Below are positions 38,942 through 49,311 of a stretch of DNA of 58,671 nucleotides, piece by piece (position 1 is the stretch's first letter; the number at the start of each line of letters is the position of its first letter). The translations under genes and the position numbers were made by a program. The notes beneath the pieces were generated by a model. That model ran no database searches, was not told the origin of the DNA, and saw only the letters and a program-made list of their open reading frames with translations. This stretch comes from an uncultured Pseudobdellovibrionaceae bacterium (lineage in GTDB: Bacteria; Bdellovibrionota; Bdellovibrionia; Bdellovibrionales; Bdellovibrionaceae): the NCBI GenBank assembly GCA_964522115.1, contig CAZFSX010000001.1, positions 1 to 58,671 on the forward strand, given 5' to 3'.

Positions 38942-41398
38942 TTAGTGATGCTGTTGAACAGCATGACCGGTATAGTTCGCTTTGATTCCATGAGTGCTTT
39001 CTTTTTGGAACTTGAACAATTCCTTTGGATTTTTAATATCCAAAGCATTCACCAGAACCTGATCCACATGATCCACAAGAATCACTTTTAATTCTTTCAT
39101 GATTTCTTTTGGAATGTCTTTCAAATCCTTTTCATTTTCCTTAGGGCAAATGATTGTTTTAATTCCTCCGCGATGAGCAGCCATGACTTTTTCTTTCAAT
39201 CCACCAATCGCCAAAACTTTTCCGCGCAATGAAATTTCACCCGTCATCGCCACTGTTCTACGAACTGGAATTTTTGTGATCGAAGAAACAATACTTGTCG
39301 TCAATGCAATCCCTGCTGAAGGACCATCTTTCGGTGTCGCTCCTTCAGGTAAATGGATATGCACATCCACGTTTTGGAAGTAATCTTTATCGATTCCCAA
39401 CAAAGGACCACGTGAACGAACGTAGCTCATTGCTGCCGAACAAGATTCTTTCATCACGTCGCCCAGTTGACCTGTGATCGTAAATTTCCCACGACCTGGA
39501 ACAACACTGGCTTCCACAGCAAGCAAGTCTCCGCCCACCTCGGTCCAAGCCATTCCATTTGTCAGACCAATTTCATTTTCATCTTCGATACGACCAAATT
39601 TGTACTTTTCAGGCCCCAATAATTCCACCAACTTCTTCGGTGTCACCTGGTAAGGCTTAACATTTTTGACATCTTTTTTCTTTTTGCCCTCGAATTCAGC
39701 TTGAGCCTCATCCTTCACAATGATGGTCGCAATTTTTCGACAAACATTGGCCACTTGACGTTCTAAATTACGAACACCAGCTTCTCGAGTATAAAAGCGG
39801 ATCACATTTTTCAAAGCACTGTCTTGGATCGTGACCTTACGATCTTGCAAACCATGGTTTTCCAACTGTTTGCCAATCAAGTAGTTCTTTGCAATGTGAA
39901 ACTTTTCAGTTTCCGTGTAGCCTTCCAATGCAATGATTTCCATACGATCCAACAAAGGACGAGGAATCGTGTGCAAAGAGTTCGCAGTCGCAATGAACAT
40001 CACTTTGGACAAATCGTATTCCACTTCCAAGTAATGATCTTGGAAAGTCGCATTTTGTTCAGGATCCAAAACTTCCAACATGGCTGCACTTGGATCTCCA
40101 CGGAAATCCGAAGCCATCTTGTCGATCTCATCCAAAAGGATCAACGGATTGCCTTTGTCCACTTTACGAAGTGCTTGCAAAATCTTACCCGGCATCGCAC
40201 CCACATAGGTTTTGCGATGACCGCGGATTTCAGCTTCGTCACGAACTCCACCCAGAGAAATACGAGCAAAAGGACGATTCAAAGATCTTGCAATCGAGCG
40301 AGCCAAAGATGTTTTACCCACACCTGGAGGACCCACCAAACATAAGATAGGACCTTTCATGTCGCGCTTCAAAGCCAAGACTGCTAAGTATTCTAAGATA
40401 CGCTCTTTGACTTTTTCTAAGCCCCAGTGATCGTCATTCAAGATATCTTCTGCCGCTTTGATATCATGCTTTTCTGCAGAGAATTCATACCATGGCAACG
40501 ACAACATCCAATCGATGTAGTTGCGAACCACAGTCGCTTCTGCACTCATCGGAGACATCAATTTCAGCTTCTTGATTTCTTTTTTCGTTTTTTCACGCGC
40601 TTCTGCGCTCATTTTCTTCTTCGCAAGCTTTTCTTCTAATTCTTGAAGTTCAGCCTGGTAATCATCTTTTTCACCCAACTCTTTTTGAATGGCCTGCATT
40701 TGCTCATTCAAATAGTATTCCTTCTGAGATCGCTCCATCTGTTTTTTTACACGTGTGCGAATCTTCTTTTCCACTTCCAGGATTTCAATTTCACCTGTCA
40801 TTGTATTCAAAAGATGTTCTAAACGTTTTCCTGGATCAAAGATTTCCAATACTTTTTGTTTGTCTTCCAATTTTAAATTCAATTGAGCCACGATAATATC
40901 TGCAAGTTCAGCAGCATTTTCGATGGACGAAACTCGCATCAAAATTTCTGGTGGAATGCGTTTGTTCAACTTCACATAGGTTTCGAAGGTCGTCTTCACC
41001 GAACGAACCATCGCATTGGTTTCAACGATATTTTCGATTTCCTCTTGAATATCTTCAACCTGAGCCAAGAAGTAATTATCATTTGGAATGTAATTTTTAA
41101 TACGAACACGACGCTTACCTTCCACCAAGACTTTGACGGTACCGTCAGGAAGTCTTAAAAGCTGAATGATTGTTCCCACAGTTCCTACACTGTAGATATC
41201 CTTTACTTCTGGATTGTTGGTTTTAGCGTCTCTTTGAGCAGCAAGGACAATGTCCGTTTGCTTGTTCATGGCCTCTTCAAGAGCATTGATGCTTTTTTCG
41301 CGACCCACGAAAAGGGGCATCATCATGTGCGGGAAAATGATCAAATCCCGCAAGGGAAGTAGTGGTAATTGGTTCTGTGTTTTCGCGCCCTCGCTCAT
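38942..41398 (-). CDS. lon: ATP-dependent Lon protease
   Basis: I moved the start to ATG 41398, where AGGAGG sits 5 nt upstream. It has the LON N-domain ([27 protein letters not shown]), Walker A ([15 protein letters not shown]), the catalytic Ser context [11 protein letters not shown], and Lys in GGLKEK. Confidence 0.95.
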   Translation of the reverse strand: MSEGAKTQNQLPLLPLRDLIIFPHMMMPLFVGREKSINALEEAMNKQTDIVLAAQRDAKTNNPEVKDIYSVGTVGTIIQLLRLPDGTVKVLVEGKRRVRIKNYIPNDNYFLAQVEDIQEEIENIVETNAMVRSVKTTFETYVKLNKRIPPEILMRVSSIENAAELADIIVAQLNLKLEDKQKVLEIFDPGKRLEHLLNTMTGEIEILEVEKKIRTRVKKQMERSQKEYYLNEQMQAIQKELGEKDDYQAELQELEEKLAKKKMSAEAREKTKKEIKKLKLMSPMSAEATVVRNYIDWMLSLPWYEFSAEKHDIKAAEDILNDDHWGLEKVKERILEYLAVLALKRDMKGPILCLVGPPGVGKTSLARSIARSLNRPFARISLGGVRDEAEIRGHRKTYVGAMPGKILQALRKVDKGNPLILLDEIDKMASDFRGDPSAAMLEVLDPEQNATFQDHYLEVEYDLSKVMFIATANSLHTIPRPLLDRMEIIALEGYTETEKFHIAKNYLIGKQLENHGLQDRKVTIQDSALKNVIRFYTREAGVRNLERQVANVCRKIATIIVKDEAQAEFEGKKKKDVKNVKPYQVTPKKLVELLGPEKYKFGRIEDENEIGLTNGMAWTEVGGDLLAVEASVVPGRGKFTITGQLGDVMKESCSAAMSYVRSRGPLLGIDKDYFQNVDVHIHLPEGATPKDGPSAGIALTTSIVSSITKIPVRRTVAMTGEISLRGKVLAIGGLKEKVMAAHRGGIKTIICPKENEKDLKDIPKEIMKELKVILVDHVDQVLVNALDIKNPKELFKFQKESTHGIKANYTGHAVQQHH

Positions 41399-41467
41399 GG
41401 TTTCCTCCTTCATATGTCGGTTGAGAGACTATGACTAAGGACGCTTGGAACTTTCTTTTCGGTTAAA

Positions 41468-41493
41468 GGAATTTGCGTGGTTTCGCAAATTCC
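41468..41493 (-). terminator. stem-loop between clpX and lon (partial terminator/attenuator)
   Basis: GGAATTTGCG-(6 nt)-CGCAAATTCC, a 10-bp stem. On the minus strand it is followed by TTTAACC, which is a weak U-tract. Confidence 0.4.
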
Positions 41494-41517
41494 CTTTCTG
41501 TCCAGTTAGAGCTTCCG

Positions 41518-42822
41518 CTACGCACTTTCGACGCTGGATTTTTTAGCCTCGTCGTCGGCGCGCATTTCTTCCTCAGTCTTGTACACCAACTTAGGCGGTA
41601 CGCCCTCATCGATGACCTTCTCGTCAATTATAACTTCTTTGACGTTCGACTTGGAAGGAATTTCGAACATTATATCTAACATGGCATGTTCAATCACACC
41701 TCTAAGACCACGTGCGCCAGTTTTACGTTTCAATGCCAACTGAGCTATGGCCTTAAGTCCCTTTTCTGTAAACTTAAGTTCCACACCTTCGTAACTAAAA
41801 AGTTTTTGGTATTGTTTTGTTACCGCATTGCGAGGTTTGACCAAGATGTCGATCAAAGCTGACTCTTCCAAAGGATCCAAAACCGCAATCACAGGAAGAC
41901 GACCGATGAACTCTGGAATCAAACCAAATCTTGATAAATCATCCGGTTCAACTTTCTGAAGAATATTTTCTCCTTCATTGTCTCTTTCTGCCGCCGTTCG
42001 AATATCTGCTCCGATACCCATTGTTTTATTTGTCACGCGACCTTCGATCACTTTATCCAAACCAACGAAAGCTCCACCGACAATAAATAAAATATTGCTG
42101 GTGTCGACTTGAATAAACTCTTGCTGAGGATGCTTACGTCCACCTTTTGGAGGTAAGTTCGCAACAGTTCCTTCCAGGATCTTTAACAGAGCCTGCTGAA
42201 CACCTTCACCACTGACATCGCGAGTGATGGATGGATTTTCTGATTTACGAGAAATTTTATCGATCTCATCGATGTAAATAACGCCTTTTTGAGCTTTTTC
42301 GATATCATAATCCGCCGCTTGCAAAAGATTCAAAACGACGTTTTCCACATCTTCACCCACATAACCAGCTTCGGTCAGTGTTGTGGCATCGGCCATCGCA
42401 AAAGGCACATTCAAAATGCGCGCGATCGTTTGGGCCAACAAAGTCTTTCCTGAACCCGTTGGTCCAATCAAAAGAATATTACTTTTTTGAAGCTCGATAT
42501 CGTCTTTACGTTTTCCACCAGAGATATGATTGATGCGTTTGTAATGATTGTGAACTGCCACTGACAATGCTTTTTTTGCTTTTGTCTGACCAATCACAAA
42601 ATCATCCAAGAACGCTTTGATTTCCTGCGGAACTGGAACTCGGAAAGCTCCACCACGCACGGCGACTTCACGCTGTTTTTCTTCATCGATAATGTCGGTG
42701 CAAAGGTCAATACACTCATCACAAATGTACACACCAGGGCCCGCAATCAACTTCTTCACTTCTTTTTGGTTTTTGCCGCAGAAGCTACACTTCAATACAC
42801 CATTTTCCGTTTTCGAAGACAT
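41518..42822 (-). CDS. clpX: ATP-dependent Clp protease ATP-binding subunit ClpX
   Basis: It has the zinc-binding N terminus ([20 protein letters not shown]), Walker A ([13 protein letters not shown]), and IYIDEIDKI. Confidence 0.95.
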   Translation of the reverse strand: MSSKTENGVLKCSFCGKNQKEVKKLIAGPGVYICDECIDLCTDIIDEEKQREVAVRGGAFRVPVPQEIKAFLDDFVIGQTKAKKALSVAVHNHYKRINHISGGKRKDDIELQKSNILLIGPTGSGKTLLAQTIARILNVPFAMADATTLTEAGYVGEDVENVVLNLLQAADYDIEKAQKGVIYIDEIDKISRKSENPSITRDVSGEGVQQALLKILEGTVANLPPKGGRKHPQQEFIQVDTSNILFIVGGAFVGLDKVIEGRVTNKTMGIGADIRTAAERDNEGENILQKVEPDDLSRFGLIPEFIGRLPVIAVLDPLEESALIDILVKPRNAVTKQYQKLFSYEGVELKFTEKGLKAIAQLALKRKTGARGLRGVIEHAMLDIMFEIPSKSNVKEVIIDEKVIDEGVPPKLVYKTEEEMRADDEAKKSSVESA

Positions 42823-42825
42823 GCA

Positions 42826-43431
42826 TTACCCCTTCACTGCACTTTTGCGGAATTCAACCACATGATCAATCAAACCAAAATCTTTTGCTTCTTGAGCCGT
42901 CATAAAGTTGTCGCGATCCATTGCTTTTGTCAGAGTGTCGAAATCACGTCCTGTATGATGAACATACAATTGAGTTAGACGCTCTTTTGTGCGCATCATT
43001 TCACGCGCTTGAATTTCAATGTCACTGGCTTGACCACTGAGTCCACCTGAAATCAAAGGCTGATGAATCATGACACGCGCATTCGGCATGCAATAATGCT
43101 TTCCTTTTGCTCCCGCAGTCAGAAGCATAGATCCCATGCTGGCAGCCATTCCAATACAATACGTTGCGACTTCACATTTCACGAATTGCATCACGTCATA
43201 AATTCCCATTCCCGCAGAAACACTTCCGCCCGGAGAATTAATGTAAAGATGGATATCCTTTTCAGGATTGTCTACTTCCAGAAATAAAAATTGTGCGACG
43301 ATGGCGTTGGCAATTTCATCTGTTACTGGTGAACCCAAAATGACAATGCGATCTTTCAGTAGACGAGAATAGATGTCGTAACTGCGTTCTCCGCGTGATG
43401 ATTGTTCGATGACATATGGAATAAGTGGCAC
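42826..43431 (-). CDS. clpP: ATP-dependent Clp protease proteolytic subunit
   Basis: GTG start after AAGGAGA. The catalytic triad contexts are present: GMAASMGS (Ser), MIHQP (His), DRD (Asp). Confidence 0.95.
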   Translation of the reverse strand: MPLIPYVIEQSSRGERSYDIYSRLLKDRIVILGSPVTDEIANAIVAQFLFLEVDNPEKDIHLYINSPGGSVSAGMGIYDVMQFVKCEVATYCIGMAASMGSMLLTAGAKGKHYCMPNARVMIHQPLISGGLSGQASDIEIQAREMMRTKERLTQLYVHHTGRDFDTLTKAMDRDNFMTAQEAKDFGLIDHVVEFRKSAVKG

Positions 43432-43598
43432 AGCTGTCTCCTTCAGTGATTGGTCTAATTATTCTGCCAAATTTTTATCGGTTTTACGAGTCAAGGACTC
43501 AATCGCCTTTGGTCCTAAAGTTATCCAAGAAAAAGATCTTGCCGTCACGACGGTATATGTTACAAGCTCTAAGTCTAGTCTAATTTCACGGAGTACAT

Positions 43599-45122
43599 AT
43601 GAAAATTGAATTGACCCACTTGACCTTAGCTGAATCCAAAGCCAATAAAGCAAAAAATCCTTCTGTTGTTGTGTTTGCAACTTCGACAAAAAAAGACAAA
43701 AAGTCTGTCGTTAAAATTACACATGAAGGATTGCATCATCGCTTGAATGAGTCCATTGAAGACAAAACAATCAAAGGCTCTGAAAACGAGACTGTTCTTT
43801 ACCGCGATTTATACTTTGAAGGAGCTCGCCATGTGATCGTAGCTGGCCTTGGTGATGAGTCAAAGCTGACTCACGAAACTTTGCGTCAAGCAGCTGCGGC
43901 AATTTATGATCGCGTGAAAGCTTCAAATATGGGGCATATCTTTGTAGATTTTGACGGCATTCCTCACACTGCAGAAAATGCAGCCAAATACGTTCAAGCC
44001 TTCACGGAAGGACTGTTGCTTGCCTCCTATTCTTTTGATGAGTTGAAATCAAATGTACCTGCCGAAAAATCATCTCTTCGCTTTGAGTTGGTGACTCAAT
44101 CTGCTCAGAATAAAGATGCAAAAGCAGCATTCCAAACCGCTCTTATTTTAGCAGAGTCCGTTAACTTTTCTCGCCGTCTTGGGGATATGCCAGGGAACTT
44201 AATGACTCCTGCAATTCTTGCGAAAGAAGCCATTGCTGCATGCAAAGGAACAGGCATCAAAGCAACGGCTTGGGATAAAAAGCGTATTCAAAAAGAAAAA
44301 ATGGGCGGATTGCTTGGGGTCAACCAAGGAAGTGATCAAGAACCACGTTTTATCATTCTAGAATACAAAGGCGCAGCGGCCTCTCAAAAACCCGTCGTGT
44401 TTGTTGGTAAATGTCTGAATTTTTACTGCGGTGGAATCAGCATTAATCCAAATGCCGGTATGGAAGAAATGAAATACGATATGTGCGGCGGAGCCAATGT
44501 GATTGGCGCGCTGATCGCTATTGCGAAATTAAAATTGAAAATCAATGCCTTTGCGGTTGTTCCGGCCACAGAAAATTTGGTGAACGGAAAAGCAACAAAA
44601 CCTGGCGATGTTCACCGCGCACGCAATGGAAAAACATTTGAAGTGAACAATACAGATGCTGAAGGTCGTTTGATTTTGGCAGATGCTCTTTGCTATGCCA
44701 CGGAATTAAAACCTCAGGCCATCATTGATGCGGCCACTTTAACAGGTGCGATGGCGATGGCTCTTGGAAATATTCACACTGGTTACTTTACTCGTTACAA
44801 AGATTTGAAAGAGCGTGTTGAAAACGCTGCTGAAGTTTCAGGTGAGTGGGTTTGGAATATGCCTTTAACAGATTTGCACGTTAAAGATATGAAAGGCACT
44901 TATGCTGATCTATCCAATATGTCTTCTGGAAAAGGAGCAGGAAGTGCAACGGCAGCTGCCTTCCTTGAACAATTTGTGGGTGAAGGAATTCCATGGGCGC
45001 ATTTTGATATTGCAGGCACTGGTTGGGCGATCGGAAATCGCGTGAACTACTGCCCTAAAAAAGGTGCAAGTGGTGTCATGATTCGTACCTTTGTTGAACT
45101 GGCAAGACAGTTCCAAAAATAA
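43599..45122 (+). CDS. pepA: M17 leucyl aminopeptidase homologue (PepA) with a non-canonical active-site motif
   Basis: The NTDAEGRLILAD signature and MKYDMCGGA are present. The normally invariant VGKG-TFD(S/T)GG-S-KP block reads VGKCLNFYCGGISINP (see finding). Confidence 0.85.
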   Translation: MKIELTHLTLAESKANKAKNPSVVVFATSTKKDKKSVVKITHEGLHHRLNESIEDKTIKGSENETVLYRDLYFEGARHVIVAGLGDESKLTHETLRQAAAAIYDRVKASNMGHIFVDFDGIPHTAENAAKYVQAFTEGLLLASYSFDELKSNVPAEKSSLRFELVTQSAQNKDAKAAFQTALILAESVNFSRRLGDMPGNLMTPAILAKEAIAACKGTGIKATAWDKKRIQKEKMGGLLGVNQGSDQEPRFIILEYKGAAASQKPVVFVGKCLNFYCGGISINPNAGMEEMKYDMCGGANVIGALIAIAKLKLKINAFAVVPATENLVNGKATKPGDVHRARNGKTFEVNNTDAEGRLILADALCYATELKPQAIIDAATLTGAMAMALGNIHTGYFTRYKDLKERVENAAEVSGEWVWNMPLTDLHVKDMKGTYADLSNMSSGKGAGSATAAAFLEQFVGEGIPWAHFDIAGTGWAIGNRVNYCPKKGASGVMIRTFVELARQFQK

Positions 45123-45134
45123 TTTCTCTGACTC

Positions 45135-45173
45135 CACTTTTAGGACTCCACCAAAAGCGTAGTCCTAAAAGTG
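45135..45173. terminator. long stem-loop between convergent genes
   Basis: CACTTTTAGGACT-(13 nt)-AGTCCTAAAAGTG, a perfect 13-bp stem with no clear U-tract. Confidence 0.45.
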
Positions 45174-45206
45174 CAGTCTTTAATGCTGAAGTTAAAATTC
45201 AAAGAT

Positions 45207-45830
45207 TTATTCGAAACGGACTTGAATGGGGTTGGCTAAATAGCCCTTCAGCTCGTGGGGCTGAATCGTCAATTGATGTTGTGATTGAGCCGACTTTAAA
45301 ACAATGGATTGAAGAGTCCACTCCTTGGGCCAACGTTCCCCCACATTGTCAAATCTGACACTCAACATGCCTTGTTGGCGAAATTGAAATTCTCCATCTG
45401 CGGGGACTTGACCAATAATTTTTTGAACAGGAATCATTAAGGCCTGAAGTTGATCGCGCCCCACCTGTGCCATACAGGACCCCTCGACTTCCATTCTTGC
45501 CGTTGTGGTTTCTTCAGAAGATCCCTGCGATGAAGTAAATTGAAAAATGACGCTTGAGAATTCTTGGCACACATGGCCTTTGACTCCCATCGCAGTTCGC
45601 ATTTGGAAAGCCCCTAGTGAAATTCCTACACCTTCTTGAGTATGAACCATGCGCGCATCGCTGACTAAACGTTCTTTCGAGGCTCGTAAAAATTCATCTG
45701 CTTGCATTTGTGAAAAATCATAGGACTTCCGAACGGCTGCAGGAAAGCGAACTTTAGGCATTGGACGAAATGAAAAAAAGTATCCAACCGTAAAACATAA
45801 AATAAAAAGGACCCATGCTTTGAAAGTCAT
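45207..45830 (-). CDS. membrane-anchored hypothetical protein
   Basis: I moved the start to ATG 45830, where AAGGAG sits 9 nt upstream. This gives MTFKAWVLFILCFTVGYFFSF, a signal anchor. It is the last gene of the ArsA-like operon. Confidence 0.5.
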   Translation of the reverse strand: MTFKAWVLFILCFTVGYFFSFRPMPKVRFPAAVRKSYDFSQMQADEFLRASKERLVSDARMVHTQEGVGISLGAFQMRTAMGVKGHVCQEFSSVIFQFTSSQGSSEETTTARMEVEGSCMAQVGRDQLQALMIPVQKIIGQVPADGEFQFRQQGMLSVRFDNVGERWPKEWTLQSIVLKSAQSQHQLTIQPHELKGYLANPIQVRFE

Positions 45831-45891
45831 GATCAACGACTCCTTGAATAACACAGGTCTTTTCGGTCTTCACTTGGAAGAACTTAAGCAA

Positions 45892-47130
45892 TCAGGACTT
45901 CCATCCAGGAAATGGAGCTTTCATTTCCTGCGCTTCCATGGCAATAGCTAAAAGTCCCAGTCTTGCAGACCATCCATAAACATTTTCATTAGGACAATTT
46001 TTTACACTGATCGCAAGATCTGAAACACACATGCGTTTGTAAACAGCACCAGGGCTATTCAGGCTTTCTTCAGAATTTTTTTCGCTATGTGTGCGTAAAA
46101 ATCCACCGGCCAAATCTTTCCCAATCATATAAATCACAGGCTCCGCAGAAATACCGTCGGACTGAACAATGGAAGGAAGTCCTTCTTGAATAATAACTTC
46201 TTCCACGTCACGCCCGCCCTTGGCAGCTTTCATTTTTTTTCGTGACTTATAAGTCCAATCTAAAACATCCTGGCCAGAACTGACACGCACAACAGCCAAA
46301 CCATAAGTGCCTGCATTGTTTTTTACAAATGCAAATGGCTTTTGATGGATACCTCGAACTTCATACTCTTTTTTTAGTGTCAGCAATAAATCATCTACCT
46401 TTTCAGCTAAAATCTTACGACTGCCATCATCTTGAATATCAAAATCTAAAAACTCATCTGTACGAACGTTAAACAAAAAAGGATCCAATCCAACAAGTTC
46501 ACCAAATTCATGCGCCAGCTGGTTGTAAAATTTAAAATACCGTGACTTTTGACGTTGATACCAACCCAACTGTCGTGGGGGCATAATGGGAATAGAAATA
46601 TCTTTTGCCCATTCTGCATAATCGACAGAAAAATCATTGTTACTTAGAATCAATTGCGGTGAAAATTGCTTCCACTTTAAACCGCTTGGATGACCTGCAA
46701 AAAATTCCATGGATCGACCTGTTGCCGAAGTCAGCATCAAGGGTTCATCCATCTGCTTGGGGAAGGCTAACATGACGTCATATCCTGCTGATTGAAGCAA
46801 GCTCTGTAAAGTCGCCACATTTTCTAAATAAAATGGATTTCCTGTGTGCTCCTCTGTCGCCAAACAAATTCTTTGTACGTCAGGATAATGTGTCTTCAAA
46901 AATTTCTTCATTAAGTCGATCGAAGTTTCTTTATCTGTTGGGCAGATATTGTTAAAACCCGCAGGATAAATATTCGCGTCCACATTGGCCACTTTATAAC
47001 CTGAATCCCGAATATCGTAGCTGGAATAAATGGTGTAGGGCAAATTTTTAATTTTTGAATCATACCAGTCACAAACGCGGTCACAATGATGCACTAGAAT
47101 TTCATGCAATTGCTTTTGAATCGGACTCAT
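45892..47130 (-). CDS. putative glutamate--cysteine ligase-like enzyme (bacterial GshA-type family)
   Basis: The N-terminal pattern YSSYDIRDSGYKVANVDANIYPAGFNNI resembles, from memory, the small bacterial GshA family. There is an ATGA overlap with the upstream gene. The assignment is tentative. Confidence 0.4.
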   Translation of the reverse strand: MSPIQKQLHEILVHHCDRVCDWYDSKIKNLPYTIYSSYDIRDSGYKVANVDANIYPAGFNNICPTDKETSIDLMKKFLKTHYPDVQRICLATEEHTGNPFYLENVATLQSLLQSAGYDVMLAFPKQMDEPLMLTSATGRSMEFFAGHPSGLKWKQFSPQLILSNNDFSVDYAEWAKDISIPIMPPRQLGWYQRQKSRYFKFYNQLAHEFGELVGLDPFLFNVRTDEFLDFDIQDDGSRKILAEKVDDLLLTLKKEYEVRGIHQKPFAFVKNNAGTYGLAVVRVSSGQDVLDWTYKSRKKMKAAKGGRDVEEVIIQEGLPSIVQSDGISAEPVIYMIGKDLAGGFLRTHSEKNSEESLNSPGAVYKRMCVSDLAISVKNCPNENVYGWSARLGLLAIAMEAQEMKAPFPGWKS

Positions 47131-48266
47131 AAATTGGGATCTCCTTCGGGCGAACCTGAATTCTGCTTTTCCTTTGACGAAGAGTCTTCCTTACGACCGG
47201 GATCTACCATTTGCAAGTCTTCGTAAATCATTGACTGTCGACGTCGTGTTTCAGGTGTCACATCCGTCATATCCATCTTTGCAACCATCTCCATCTGCGT
47301 TTGTTTTTCTAACTGCCGTATGAACAAATCTGCACGGTCTGTGACTGGATTTTTTTCACTTTCTAATCTTGTTTCTTGATAACGATCAACTAGATTTAGA
47401 ATTTCAAACAAATGCTTTCTTTGTACTTGGTTTTTTTTTCGAACAGCAATTGCCATATCTGTCGATGGATCATTTAAATTCATCTCCATTGTCCAATTCC
47501 AAGCATCACGATAAATGGATTGTAATTTTTCTAAAGACTTTTCTGACCAAACCGAAGAATTGTATTCCATGCTTTTAATCAAAAAAATCTGACCGATTTT
47601 TAATCCATCAATCAACTTTTCAATTCTTGCAGGATCATAACTATTCCAATAAATTTGCCCCATCTGAAAATATATCCGTGCAAACCAATCCTTATTGACT
47701 TGTGTGACCTGGCTGCGCATTTGAAAAACGCCTCGTTCGGCTTCTTTCAACCAGACTTCAGATTCTTGCAGTTGACCCATCAATAAACTCAATGAAGCCA
47801 TCCTTGCAGGATATTCAGCAATTTTGCGTTCTAAAGAAAGAAATTCTCTATATTTCAAAAGATCCCTCATGATTGCTCGCCATCGAATTTTATCCCCCAA
47901 GGCTTCATAGCAATAGGACAATTGAAACATGGCCTCCGCAGCCAATGCCGGGTGGATAGATATTTCCTTTTCAATCACCCCACGCAACAAACTTTCAGCT
48001 GAAGAGTAGTTTTCTAATCCGATGAAACCCTGAGCTCTTAAAATATCCACTTGGCTATCAAAAATAGAATACGGAAAATCCTTTTGAAACTTCTGACTAT
48101 CATCGATCAACTGTTGATATTGAGCTTGGTCATATAAAGATCTTAATTGCTGCAAACTTGGAATTTGCTGTTGTTCCGGATCAACCCTTACAACCTGTGC
48201 TGTTTGACAACTTAAGCCAAGTGCCATGAAGAAGAGAAGACAAATTTTACCCACTGGTTTTTCCAC
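47127..48266 (-). CDS. TPR-like exported protein or lipoprotein
   Basis: The signal peptide is ICLLFFMALGLSCQ. Helical repeats with Tyr/Ala/Leu periodicity follow, and the C-terminal tail is acidic/basic. Confidence 0.5.
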   Translation of the reverse strand: MEKPVGKICLLFFMALGLSCQTAQVVRVDPEQQQIPSLQQLRSLYDQAQYQQLIDDSQKFQKDFPYSIFDSQVDILRAQGFIGLENYSSAESLLRGVIEKEISIHPALAAEAMFQLSYCYEALGDKIRWRAIMRDLLKYREFLSLERKIAEYPARMASLSLLMGQLQESEVWLKEAERGVFQMRSQVTQVNKDWFARIYFQMGQIYWNSYDPARIEKLIDGLKIGQIFLIKSMEYNSSVWSEKSLEKLQSIYRDAWNWTMEMNLNDPSTDMAIAVRKKNQVQRKHLFEILNLVDRYQETRLESEKNPVTDRADLFIRQLEKQTQMEMVAKMDMTDVTPETRRRQSMIYEDLQMVDPGRKEDSSSKEKQNSGSPEGDPNL

Positions 48267-49311
48267 AAGATACCACCTTCGACGGATTCAATGCTGCATA
48301 AATATCTTGAATCATTTGTCTCATATCCTCAAGCGAAGAAAGATCTTCTTCATATTCAGGTAGGCAAATCCAAGAAAGACTTTGCAGACGCGAATCCATT
48401 TGAAACTGGTTCAGCAACTGCTTTTTTTGCTCCTGATATTGAATCACTTCCGAATCCAAAGTAAGACCTTTCGATTCCATTACAGATTCTGGCAAAAATG
48501 CTTTATTCAGATACATTTTTTCAAACTGATAGCCTTGCTTTTCTAATTCAGTCTTTAATTCAGCAGCTTCATGCAAAGCCACATTTCTTAAACTTGTTAC
48601 AAGAATGAATTTTGTGCTTTCCCCATGCAAAAGTTGCTGTGAAAAGGTTAGCCTTTCAGCAATTTTTTCCTGCCAATTTTCAATCAGTTGAAAAAAATCA
48701 AACAACTGCGACAAAAATTCAGCTCCTGTTAACGACTCAAGAATTTTCACTAATTTTTCATATCCAAGAACCAACATTCTTTCAAAAAAGCCTCGCTCTT
48801 TCTGTGGTCGGCCTAACCGAACCCATTGAAATATGTTTTTATCAAATAAAGCGATGATTTTTTGTGGTGTATTCAAAAAATCGATCGCCTGCTCTGCCGG
48901 TGGCGTATCTATCAAAATCAAATCCCAAAGCCCTGTTTTGTATTGAGAATAAATAAATTCAATAGAGGTAAACTCCTGTGCTCCAGAAAGCTGTGTTGAT
49001 AATTTTTGATATAGTTTATTTTGAAATAGGCTTTGAATGCGTTCATCCTTCTGGGCAAATTGTCGAACAAAATCATCAAATATTTTTTGAGCGTTCAGTA
49101 AACATGCCGTGATGGAAATACCCTGATGACTGATCTGTTGCAATTGCCCGTCATGACTTAGACCTAAACTTACTTTCAATCTTTGAGACGGATCCACAGT
49201 CAAAAGTAAGACCTTCTTTCCCATCTTTGCCTGAGCAAAAGCCATCGCAACTGCCGTTGTTGTTTTTCCAACTCCACCCGTTCCTACAACGATTTGAATC
49301 TCTGTTTTCAC
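48247..49311 (-). CDS. ArsA/Get3-family ATPase-like protein (second copy)
   Basis: I prefer GTG 49311, which forms a GTGA overlap with the upstream stop. This gives MKTEIQIVVGTGGVGKTTTAVAMA (P-loop), LLTVDPSQRL, and ILIDTPPAEQAIDFL. Confidence 0.7.
   Translation of the reverse strand: MKTEIQIVVGTGGVGKTTTAVAMAFAQAKMGKKVLLLTVDPSQRLKVSLGLSHDGQLQQISHQGISITACLLNAQKIFDDFVRQFAQKDERIQSLFQNKLYQKLSTQLSGAQEFTSIEFIYSQYKTGLWDLILIDTPPAEQAIDFLNTPQKIIALFDKNIFQWVRLGRPQKERGFFERMLVLGYEKLVKILESLTGAEFLSQLFDFFQLIENWQEKIAERLTFSQQLLHGESTKFILVTSLRNVALHEAAELKTELEKQGYQFEKMYLNKAFLPESVMESKGLTLDSEVIQYQEQKKQLLNQFQMDSRLQSLSWICLPEYEEDLSSLEDMRQMIQDIYAALNPSKVVSCGKTSG

Noticed and set aside
39824-40345. 173-aa and 86-aa plus-strand ORFs inside lon, and similar ORFs opposite rseP (20679-21095), tig (51006-51338) and glnN (33979-34305)
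   Set aside because: All are antisense to strongly supported housekeeping genes, lack RBSs and have no family motifs. I treated them as spurious.
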